Source: Candidatus Latescibacterota bacterium (GTDB lineage Bacteria > Latescibacterota > UBA2968 > UBA8231). Taken from it: a DNA stretch of 64,000 bases. The stretch is taken from assembly GCA_965242865.1 (NCBI GenBank), contig CBDETK010000013.1, positions 5,088,001 to 5,152,000 on the forward strand, written 5' to 3'. Positions 55,898 through 64,000 of this stretch are shown here, piece after piece (position 1 is the stretch's first letter; each line of letters begins with the position of its first letter). A model generated the notes under the pieces. It made no database searches, had not been told where the DNA came from, and saw nothing but the letters and a program-made list of their open reading frames with translations. A program made the translations under genes and the position numbers.

Positions 55898-58800
55898 TCA
55901 CAAATACCCCAACAACACCGTAAAATAAGATTTCCACCGCCCCCGATCGCGCACCTCGTCAATCCCATAGGCCACATCCACCTGCACCCGCGTCGGCACG
56001 CTGTAATAAGAAATCAAGTCAAAGCGCAACTGGCCCCCTACATCCCGCAGCGGGCCGGCGCGTCCATACCGCGCATTCCATTCGCCGATGTTTCGGTCCC
56101 AAGCCTTGCCCATGCTGGCGTACACCGCGCCATACACTTTGTCGAAATACAACTGGGCCACGCGCTTGCCCACATTCGGCAGCACGGGAAAGCGGAGCGT
56201 CGCCGTGCCCATCAACGCCTTGCGTCCCTCAATGCTGTAAAAAGTATAGCCCTTCATAAAGTTGAGCCCGCCGAGGCGGTAGTCGAAGAAATTGCCGACC
56301 CGGGTCGTGTCGTTCACCGCGTCGCTGTCGATCCAGCCCCCGTACAGCCGCAGGCCCAAGCGGGTATTGCCGGGCATGCCGATGTGCTCTTTCCAATCAA
56401 CTGTAAACTGATTGTAGAACAGCTTGAGGTACTCCTCGTCGATAAAGGACGCCTGCTCGTTAAAGCCGTCGATGAAGTAGTTGAACATCCGGTCGTAGCG
56501 CAGGTAAAGCTGGCGGCCCACCGGGCTTATATCGCGGTCCCGCCGCCGCGCAATCATTTCCATCCGATAGGTCAGCCCCAGCCCAAAGCCATTGAGATAG
56601 GTATAGCCAAAGGGCCGCTGGGCGGTGCGCTCAAACCCAACCTCGCCGTCGCCTTGGCACACGAGGCAGTCGCTCTCGACGCTGGCATTGTAGCGGTCGT
56701 ACGTGGCCGAGGCCGTCAGATCTCCATGGCGGCCCAATTTGCCGCGCACCCCCGCGCTGAACTGACTCAAGCTGTAGTTGACCGCGTTGACAATGATCGT
56801 CCGCGCATCCACGCTATCGCCGCGGGCATCGCGCCGACTCTGGTTGGACACCTCCAAAAAGAACGTGGGACGGAATCCCTTGAACTCGTATAGGGCGAAC
56901 AAATCGCGGTCGGCGTTGGCCGGCGCAATGGCCGCCCCGGCAAAGACGCTCTGGCGATTGAGCACATCGCCGGAGGCGAGGTACGCGCCCACCTTGAAAC
57001 GCCCCTCGTCGAACAACAGCCGCGGCAGGATCCCGGTCTTGAGAAAGTCAATGCCGTAATTTTGGGGCGCGCTCGGCAACGCGGGCGCGGGCGTATCGCG
57101 CCAATCCCGCGTCGCGTCGTCGGAAAACCACGCCTCCTCGGTCGCAACCAGCATCCCCTCCTCCTGCAACCGGCGAATCTCAAAGCCAGCCGCCGTATAA
57201 GCCGCAAAGACGAGCTCGCCCTCCGGACCGACCGCTGGGCTGAACGCGCCGCCAATGGTGTTGGTTAGCTGCCGTAGCGACCGCGTTGCCAAGTGGAGGG
57301 CATAGATATTGAAAATGCCGCTGAAATCCGACGCAAAGACGAGCTCTGTGCCGTCCGCGCTCCACGTGGGGTCGCGGTCCGTACCGGGCGTTGCAATCCC
57401 AACTCGTAGAGGTCCGTCCGCGTCCCATTCCATCACGGCGATGTCGCGCTGGCCCGCGCGCCCGATGGCAAACGCCAGCCTGCGTCCGTCGGGCGAAAAG
57501 CGCGGGGTGTAGAGTTGGGTGCCGTCGGCGAACTGGGTTAGATAGCGCAGGCCGGTGCCGTCGGCCCGCATCACGGCCAAGTTGTTGCTCGTGCCCTTGT
57601 TTTGCACAAAGGCGATCCACTCGCCGTCGGGCGAATAGGTCGGGTACAGGGCGCGCAGCCCGCGCGTCAGCCGCTTGATGCGCGGCGTCTCCGGGGCCGA
57701 GCCGCTGACCATGGCCGGGACCAACCACAGCATCCCGCGCCAAAAGCTAGGGCCGGCGGCCGCGGAATCCCACTCGTAGATATCCGCCTGCCGCGACCCG
57801 TATTTGTCGGCCCGGTCAATGCGCGAAAAGAGCAGCTTGCGCCCGTCCGGCGACCAATCCACGGTCGACGCCGCGGCCGGAAAGGCCGCGACTTCCTCCT
57901 CGCCGGTCGTTAGGTCGCGCACGACCAAGCCGTGGGGGCCATGGTGCCGCTTGCCCGTTGACAGGTACGCCAGCTTCTCGCCGTTGGGGGCCAGCCGTGG
58001 CCGCAGGTTGGAAAAGCCAACATCCGCGAGCGGTTCGCCCTCGCGCCGCGGCCCCAACGCCGCTACCTGCGCCCAATAGCCCTGCCGCAGCGACTCGATC
58101 CACTCGTCGTACAGCGCGTCCGCGCTCTTGCCCAAGACCTTTTTGCACGCCGCATCAATCGCGAGGGTGTGCCACTGAGCCGCGGCTCGGTACAGCGCGG
58201 CGATCTTTTCTTCGCCGTAGGTCTCGGCGATGTAGCGCACCAAGCCAAAGCCGTGATCGTACACGTATTCATTGCCAAAGCCCTGCTTGCCAAAGACGCC
58301 CATCTGCTCAAAGGATAGCTGCTCGTCGGCCAGCACCAAGGAGCGGAGCACCATGTCGCGGTTGGCATCCCAGCGGTCGTGCCCGGTCGTTGCAGTCCCG
58401 TACTGGGCCGCGCCCTCGGCCAGCCACATGGGCACCACCGTCCCCATCACGGGGTAGGAGGCAATCGCGTCTGGATAGCCGGTGAGAATGTCCTTGCGGT
58501 TTTTCTCCCGCTGGTAGCCAAAGTACTGCAAGTAAAGAGCGGGGACGCGCTGGACGCCTTTGCGGGCCGCGCCCAGCGAAACGATGTGGGCAAATTCGTG
58601 GGTTATGACGTTGCGCAGCCAATCCGAGCTGCCGCGCAAGTCAAAGTCGTGGTCGAGCGACGTGGTCCAAATCTCAATGGTGTCTTGATAAAAAAAAGCC
58701 GCGCCATTGGCGTAATCGTCGTGGTCCTTGAGCACGATCCGCACCCGCCCGCCGGGCGCGTACCCATACAGCTCGGTAATGGGCGCGTACGCGGCTTCGG

Positions 58801-58957
58801 CAATGCGCGCCGCCCGCGCCGCGGCCCCGGCCAACCCCTCGTGGTAGAAAACTCGGAAGTGCTCGGTCTCCACCACCAGCCACGCCAGTTCCGGGTGGTT
58901 TTGGCCCAGCGACGCGCTCGCCCAGCCGAGCACCAGCCACAACGCCCACCCCCTCAC
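55898..58957 (-). CDS. Peptidase MA-like + PD40/TolB-like propeller + outer-membrane beta-barrel protein
   Basis: Signal peptide from GTG 58957; ITHEFAHI...WLAEG.A zinc motif; WSPDG repeats; barrel-like C-terminus. Confidence 0.88.
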   Translation of the reverse strand: MRGWALWLVLGWASASLGQNHPELAWLVVETEHFRVFYHEGLAGAAARAARIAEAAYAPITELYGYAPGGRVRIVLKDHDDYANGAAFFYQDTIEIWTTSLDHDFDLRGSSDWLRNVITHEFAHIVSLGAARKGVQRVPALYLQYFGYQREKNRKDILTGYPDAIASYPVMGTVVPMWLAEGAAQYGTATTGHDRWDANRDMVLRSLVLADEQLSFEQMGVFGKQGFGNEYVYDHGFGLVRYIAETYGEEKIAALYRAAAQWHTLAIDAACKKVLGKSADALYDEWIESLRQGYWAQVAALGPRREGEPLADVGFSNLRPRLAPNGEKLAYLSTGKRHHGPHGLVVRDLTTGEEEVAAFPAAASTVDWSPDGRKLLFSRIDRADKYGSRQADIYEWDSAAAGPSFWRGMLWLVPAMVSGSAPETPRIKRLTRGLRALYPTYSPDGEWIAFVQNKGTSNNLAVMRADGTGLRYLTQFADGTQLYTPRFSPDGRRLAFAIGRAGQRDIAVMEWDADGPLRVGIATPGTDRDPTWSADGTELVFASDFSGIFNIYALHLATRSLRQLTNTIGGAFSPAVGPEGELVFAAYTAAGFEIRRLQEEGMLVATEEAWFSDDATRDWRDTPAPALPSAPQNYGIDFLKTGILPRLLFDEGRFKVGAYLASGDVLNRQSVFAGAAIAPANADRDLFALYEFKGFRPTFFLEVSNQSRRDARGDSVDARTIIVNAVNYSLSQFSAGVRGKLGRHGDLTASATYDRYNASVESDCLVCQGDGEVGFERTAQRPFGYTYLNGFGLGLTYRMEMIARRRDRDISPVGRQLYLRYDRMFNYFIDGFNEQASFIDEEYLKLFYNQFTVDWKEHIGMPGNTRLGLRLYGGWIDSDAVNDTTRVGNFFDYRLGGLNFMKGYTFYSIEGRKALMGTATLRFPVLPNVGKRVAQLYFDKVYGAVYASMGKAWDRNIGEWNARYGRAGPLRDVGGQLRFDLISYYSVPTRVQVDVAYGIDEVRDRGRWKSYFTVLLGYL

Positions 58958-61686
58958 TGACTCACCGCCATTTTGACCACGGCTTCTGCGCGCCGCCCAT
59001 CGTCGCCGTGCGCGATCAACCGGCACAGGTACAGGCCGCTGGCATAGCCTTCTACCGACCAAGCGATTTCGCGCTCGCCGGCTGCCAACCCGTCGCGGCG
59101 AAGCCGGCCGACGCGCTTGCCCAACGCATCGACCACCGCCAATTCGACGCGCCCGGCCGCACTCAGCGCAAAGCGCAATCGCGCCTCCTCCCCGGGGCCG
59201 ACTGGATTGGGATAGCAATAGACTCGGGTTAGCAGCACCTCCTCGGACCGCACAACGGGTCGGCCTGCGACCAGCGCGGTCCGCGACCCGGCCGCATCGG
59301 CCCCGGCCTGCGGCCAATGGACCGGGCCGCCCGCGTACTGGGCCGCCACCCTTTGCAGATCCCACGCATACAGGGCCTCGCCATCCAAGGCCGCTAGCAC
59401 CCAGCGGCCCGTGCCGTCTAAGTCCCATATCACGGGCGACGCCGTCGGAGGCACGGCCATCAGCAGGGGAAAGCCCGGCAAGAGCCGCCCATCGTCTTCC
59501 ATCCCGAAAATTCCGCTGTGACCGGCCACGAATATCTCCTGCTTGCCGTCGGCATCTACGTCGCCAAGCACCGGCTCAAACCCGAGCTCGCCGACCTCAG
59601 CAACACGCGGCAGGGCCGCGGGAAAGTTGGCTTGGCGCAATCCGTCCGCTCGCAGGGCGTGTATCACCCCACCGCGCGCCAGCAAAACCACCTCCAACAG
59701 ACCATCGCCGTCCAAATCGCCCAACACCGGCGGCGCGACGAGCGAATCGCCCAACTTGACGACATTCGCTCCGATCGTCACCTGTCCTCCGGCCGTGGCA
59801 AAGACCTGCTCGGCTTGGCTGTCGCCGTCCAAATCGCCCGTTGCCGAGGGCACCACCAGCGACCTTTGCTCCTTTAACTCGCCGCTCGTAGCATCTAGCG
59901 CGTAGGTCTGTTCCGCGCCAGCCAGCAGTAGCAGCGAGGCCCCCGTGCCCGCTGCGGCCTCCGCGGCCAACGGCCCCTCGTCCAACATGCGCTCCCACCG
60001 CGGCTGGTCCGCGCCGGCCTCCCATGCGCTGACCTCGGCACCGCGCCGCAAAAAAATCACGCCATCCCCAGCCGCCAGCAGCCGCGCCTCTGGCACGCGC
60101 CACGACGCCACCCCGCTGCCGGTCGCATAGCCGACGCCTCCCCCGACCTCAAAGAGCAACTCATCCACTCCGTCGCCATCCAAATCGGCCGCTTGTAGCC
60201 GGCCGTCGCCCGGCAAATCCCGCGGCCAGCCCGGACGCCCGCGCCCAAAGCGTATCGCCACCTGCATGGTATCGCCGGGCGCGGAAAGCACTTCTATTTC
60301 AATGCCGGTCTCCCACTCCCGATTGCTGCGCGAATCGGGCCGAGTCGCCGGGCCGAACCGCGTCTGTCCGCCGACGAAAAATGGGTCGTCGGCCTCCCCA
60401 TTGACTTGCCGCTCCCACGCACGGCGCGGATTGCCAATGTCGCGGTACCCGTCGGCCTCTTCCAAGGCAATGCCCGGCCAGTGCGGCTGATTGTTCACAG
60501 CACTGGGGTCCGCAGCGCGCGCCATCACGCCCTCGTCTATGTGCCATATCAGCACCCCGGATCCCGGGACGAAGGCGTCGTATTCCTCCACCGCCACCCA
60601 CACGCTCTCGTCTAGGGCGACTTGGTCGGGGTCGATCCACACCTTCCCCTCGTCCTCCGCGACGCCGGGTTGCCCGCGCTGCTGCCTGTTTTCCAGCAAG
60701 AAGTATTCGTGCGCGTCAATGGGGATGCGCACGGCCTTGGGGAAGTCGCCGCTGCGGTCGGTCGCTAGCAGCGTTAGGACCGTGTCGCGCCGCACCACCA
60801 CCGGCTCCAGCCACCCGAGCTGCGCCTTGCTCCAAGCCATGGGGTGCGGCGGTGCAAAGCCAACTACCCACGCGAGACTGTCGGTCCGCACGTAGCCCAA
60901 AGCGTTGTTCCCCACGTCCATCAGGCTCCAACCGCCCAAGGCCGGCAGGCCATCGGCGAAATTGGACAATCCGGGCAACCCCAACTGGTGGCCGAAGAAC
61001 TTGGCCAGCAAGCCATTGAGCCCGGCCCGGCCGTTGAGGCTGGGCGACTCCGGCAAGATCCACGCCTGCGCGATCTCCGCTCCGCCCACGATCAACGGAC
61101 CGCCGTTAAAGCGCACAAAATCGCTTTCGGACAAAAAGACCGAGCGGATGTCGTTCAGTTGACCGTTCTCGTAGCCTACGCCGGCGTGGAACACGAGGAA
61201 GCTGTTGAATTCGTCCAAGCGCGGGCCAGCGGGATCGGCCAGCACGGCGCGGAGGGCATCGCGCAACAACTCGATCCACTTCGCGCCGATCTCCTCGGTC
61301 GTGCGTCCGTTGCCGTAGTGGAGCATGGGTTGGTCGAGCGCGTACGCCTGCCGCATGGCGCGGGGGAAGACCTCGGCCGAAATCGCCACCTGACCGGCGG
61401 AAACGACCTCGTAGTAGCGAGCCAGTGCGGTCAGATGCCGCTCGAAGTAAGCGCGGTCGTGCGGCGGCAGGTCGTAGGGAAGCGCGTACTCCGCAGCCGC
61501 TTCCTCGGCCGAGCGCAAGTCAAAGGCCCCGACGCCCGTCGTCGTCGGCTCGTCGGGATTCTCGCGCGGAAAATCCACGCGCAAGGCCAAAACTCGCCAT
61601 TCGGCCTCGGCCCCGGTGGGAGCCGACGCGAGCAGGGTGCAGCAGAAGCCTAAGAGGAGCTCGACGCGACAACAAAAGCGTCCGAT
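58954..61686 (-). CDS. M6-family metalloprotease-like protein (degenerate zinc motif) with FG-GAP repeats and T9SS-type C-terminal domain
   Basis: LALRVDF, FHAG.G, GHQLGLP, WSLMD.G, EYFLLENRQ, G.LIWHIDE, DLDGDG, YCYPNP...SGLY. The frame stays open upstream through a signal peptide to ATC 61686. Confidence 0.85.
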   Translation of the reverse strand: MGRFCCRVELLLGFCCTLLASAPTGAEAEWRVLALRVDFPRENPDEPTTTGVGAFDLRSAEEAAAEYALPYDLPPHDRAYFERHLTALARYYEVVSAGQVAISAEVFPRAMRQAYALDQPMLHYGNGRTTEEIGAKWIELLRDALRAVLADPAGPRLDEFNSFLVFHAGVGYENGQLNDIRSVFLSESDFVRFNGGPLIVGGAEIAQAWILPESPSLNGRAGLNGLLAKFFGHQLGLPGLSNFADGLPALGGWSLMDVGNNALGYVRTDSLAWVVGFAPPHPMAWSKAQLGWLEPVVVRRDTVLTLLATDRSGDFPKAVRIPIDAHEYFLLENRQQRGQPGVAEDEGKVWIDPDQVALDESVWVAVEEYDAFVPGSGVLIWHIDEGVMARAADPSAVNNQPHWPGIALEEADGYRDIGNPRRAWERQVNGEADDPFFVGGQTRFGPATRPDSRSNREWETGIEIEVLSAPGDTMQVAIRFGRGRPGWPRDLPGDGRLQAADLDGDGVDELLFEVGGGVGYATGSGVASWRVPEARLLAAGDGVIFLRRGAEVSAWEAGADQPRWERMLDEGPLAAEAAAGTGASLLLLAGAEQTYALDATSGELKEQRSLVVPSATGDLDGDSQAEQVFATAGGQVTIGANVVKLGDSLVAPPVLGDLDGDGLLEVVLLARGGVIHALRADGLRQANFPAALPRVAEVGELGFEPVLGDVDADGKQEIFVAGHSGIFGMEDDGRLLPGFPLLMAVPPTASPVIWDLDGTGRWVLAALDGEALYAWDLQRVAAQYAGGPVHWPQAGADAAGSRTALVAGRPVVRSEEVLLTRVYCYPNPVGPGEEARLRFALSAAGRVELAVVDALGKRVGRLRRDGLAAGEREIAWSVEGYASGLYLCRLIAHGDDGRRAEAVVKMAVSQ

Positions 61687-61696
61687 TGGAACCCCC

Positions 61697-62752
61697 TCAG
61701 AAAGTGATGTTCATGGAAATTGGCGTATTGTCGCCCACCACAGCCGTGTCGCCTAGGCCGATTATATACGCCACATCAAACTGGAAGCGATTGTATTTTA
61801 GACCGACGCCAAAGGCACTGGTACTGGCCTCGCCGTCGTAATCGTATGAAAGCCCGGCGCGCAACGCGATAAACGCCTCGTCCTCGTGCGCGGAAAGCCC
61901 GTATTTGTATTCGCCGCCCACTTGCAGGTCGATCTCCTTGAACTCGTTGTTCAAGCCCTCGTCGGCCCAGGCCTTGGCCAAGTTGCCGACAAAAGACCCA
62001 TCGGCAATCAGAGGTTTGTACAGATCAAAAGAGAGCATCAGATCGTTGTATTGGGTGTCCATGACCTCGTAGGCCATCCCGACGACGATGTGCTGGGGCA
62101 GCGGATCGGCCTGTGCCGCGTCGATGTAGGCGATCTTGGGGCCTAGGTTGCGCAGGGCCGCGCCCAAGCTAAAGCTGGGGACGGGCCGCCATAAAAAGCC
62201 CAAATCCGCGGCAAAACTGCTGCCCGTGCCATCGCCCTGCTCAATGCCGGCCCCTTGATTGGCCAAGCGGCTGTAGATGAACTTCAAGCCAATGCCAGCG
62301 GACATGGTAGCACTGATCTGCGCCCCGTAAGCCGCCGACAGCGCCATGTCGTAACTGCGGAACGTACCTAGCACGTCGCCGCGCTCGCCCGTGCGCGTCT
62401 GCTCGCCGAGGTTGAAGAACGTGATGTTGAGACCTAGGTTGCCCCAGCCTTCCACGGGCATAGAATAGGCCAGAAACTCGTAGGACAGGTCGTCGGCCAG
62501 CTTGGGCAACCACGCGGTGTGGGAAAAGTGGAGCTTTTTCTTCTTTTGCCCGACGAGCGCGGCCGGATTGAAGTACGTCGCCGTGGCGTCGTCGGCCACC
62601 GCCACGTACGATTCGCCCATGGCAATGGCGCGGGAACCCGGATTGATCAACAAAAGAAGCGGGGCACTGCGGCTTTCGGGCGTGGCCCAAGCCCCATCGG
62701 GCACTGCGCCCGCGCAAAGGCCGGCCAGCAGCAGGGTCGTCAGTTTCCTCAT
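61697..62752 (-). CDS. porV: T9SS outer-membrane shuttle PorV family protein
   Basis: LLINPGSRAIAMGE..VAVADDA.A.YFNPA, HT.WLP.L..DL.Y, N.GPKI.Y......PLP; downstream of porU. Confidence 0.85.
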   Translation of the reverse strand: MRKLTTLLLAGLCAGAVPDGAWATPESRSAPLLLLINPGSRAIAMGESYVAVADDATATYFNPAALVGQKKKKLHFSHTAWLPKLADDLSYEFLAYSMPVEGWGNLGLNITFFNLGEQTRTGERGDVLGTFRSYDMALSAAYGAQISATMSAGIGLKFIYSRLANQGAGIEQGDGTGSSFAADLGFLWRPVPSFSLGAALRNLGPKIAYIDAAQADPLPQHIVVGMAYEVMDTQYNDLMLSFDLYKPLIADGSFVGNLAKAWADEGLNNEFKEIDLQVGGEYKYGLSAHEDEAFIALRAGLSYDYDGEASTSAFGVGLKYNRFQFDVAYIIGLGDTAVVGDNTPISMNITF

Positions 62753-62848
62753 AGCAGAGTCCTCCTCAGCTAAAAATAAGATATGAAAACGATGCCTCCT
62801 AAGTACTAAGGCGATCTCACTGCTGCAAAAGCACTCCTCTCGCCATGC

Positions 62849-64000
62849 TCACTGGGCGACCTGCAAAACGGCGCGACGCGCCACCGCAGTGCCGCTTTCC
62901 CGCTCGGCTTCTATCCGGCAAATATACGCGCCATTGGCCAAGCCCGCCGGTGGCGTCCAAGGCACTTGGTTGTACCCGGCGCGCGTCGGTCCGTCCAGCT
63001 GGTCGATCAGCCTACCAGCCAGCGAAAAGACCGTTATCTGCACGGCGCGCATGTCGCCTGCTAGCTCGTACGTGAAGTAGCCGCTGTCGCGCATGGGATT
63101 CGGGTAAAATAGGACCTTGGCCAAGCCGGCATCTTCTGGGGCGTCCCCAACCGACACCGACACCGTCGCCCGCGACGAATTGTTGAAGTTGTCCCAGGCC
63201 TTCAGGCGGATTTCGTGTTGGCCGGTTTCCAGCTCGGGCAGAGGAAATTCAACCACGCCCTGCCGGTAGTCGCCGCCCTGTACGCTGAACAGGTCCGTCA
63301 AGGTGAAGAGCTCGCCGTCAATGGTCAGCTCGATTTCGTGGCCGGTCTCGCCAGTGATGTTGATGCCGCTGGGGTCTGCAATCGAGGCCCGCAATACCGT
63401 CTGCCGCGGAATGGTGCGGCCGTTGGCCCCCTCAAAGCGCAGGGAAATGTCCGGCCCTTCCACATCCGTTTCTACGCCTTGGGCCGTGCCCGCCAGCACC
63501 AACCCTTCAACCGCGCCGAGGGCGGCCGGGCTGTCATCGCTCCAGACGTACGCGCTGATGCGGCCGTTGTTCCCGCCGTAGGTGATGTCTTTAGGGACCC
63601 GAAACGCGGCCTTGAACCGGCCCTCAGCCACTGAAAAGCGGCCGCGAAAGATGGGAGCCCCGGTCTGCTGGTAGGTAAAACCTTCCAAATCGCTCTCTTC
63701 GCTTGAATCAAAGGCTTGCAACCACACTTGGCCTGTATAGGCGGTGGCCGGCGCACCAGCCGCGTCGAGAACTTGGCCGGCGACGACCACTTCGCCGAGG
63801 GCGCGGAGCGAATCGGGCACTGCGAGCTGCACCTGAAAGCGCGGCAGGGCCAAGCGCGTGGCCGGGTCGCCAAAGAGCGAGTAGCGCTGGACGTTGCGGA
63901 ACGTTTTGGGGCCGGTGGGAGAATACTTAGGCAGCAGCACTTGCTTGGCCTCGGCGAGGGCCAGCCCAATCGGCACGTGCTGCCGCCCGGTGTGGTATAG
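62849..64000 (-). CDS. porU: T9SS sortase PorU family (C25 gingipain-like), C-terminal part, partial
   Basis: Y.LFGDPA.RL, F.VPKDI.Y....GRIS.Y, D..GP.I, D.SGIN..G..GH, KAWD..NNS, YPNP. Confidence 0.85.
   Translation of the reverse strand, partial: LYHTGRQHVPIGLALAEAKQVLLPKYSPTGPKTFRNVQRYSLFGDPATRLALPRFQVQLAVPDSLRALGEVVVAGQVLDAAGAPATAYTGQVWLQAFDSSEESDLEGFTYQQTGAPIFRGRFSVAEGRFKAAFRVPKDITYGGNNGRISAYVWSDDSPAALGAVEGLVLAGTAQGVETDVEGPDISLRFEGANGRTIPRQTVLRASIADPSGINITGETGHEIELTIDGELFTLTDLFSVQGGDYRQGVVEFPLPELETGQHEIRLKAWDNFNNSSRATVSVSVGDAPEDAGLAKVLFYPNPMRDSGYFTYELAGDMRAVQITVFSLAGRLIDQLDGPTRAGYNQVPWTPPAGLANGAYICRIEAERESGTAVARRAVLQVAQ

Overview
GC-rich bacterial chromosome segment. The gene content (PorU/PorV type IX secretion attachment genes, many FlgD-Ig/T9SS-type C-terminal domain proteins, CotH, ASPIC/UnbV, and ankyrin, LRR, YWTD and TPR repeat proteins) suggests an FCB-superphylum host-associated bacterium such as a sponge-associated Latescibacterota; this taxonomy is inference only. 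Core genes lie mostly right of 35.6 kb: tRNA-Pro(TGG), pyrF, RNase P RNA, split transketolase, mnmG and the porU-porV operon. The left ~35 kb is accessory: sugar-acid enzymes, two AAA_14/DUF4143 ATPases, a GmrSD-like DUF262-DUF1524 nuclease, a truncated adenine methyltransferase, an ankyrin gene array bracketed by two mosaic UDG-superfamily paralogues, and many IS630/IS982/IS5 remnants and gene fragments. The most striking structure is a duplicated cassette (about 274-1750 and 22996-24520). In it, an LRR-YWTD surface lipoprotein gene follows a conserved leader ORF containing a poly-C tract (C15 versus C13) that switches reading frame, an adjacent 11-5-11 dyad, and a 37-bp palindromic tandem array. 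Displaced orphan C-terminal modules sit behind both an LRR-YWTD gene and an ankyrin gene. Together this looks like a phase-variable, module-swapping system for eukaryote-like surface proteins.
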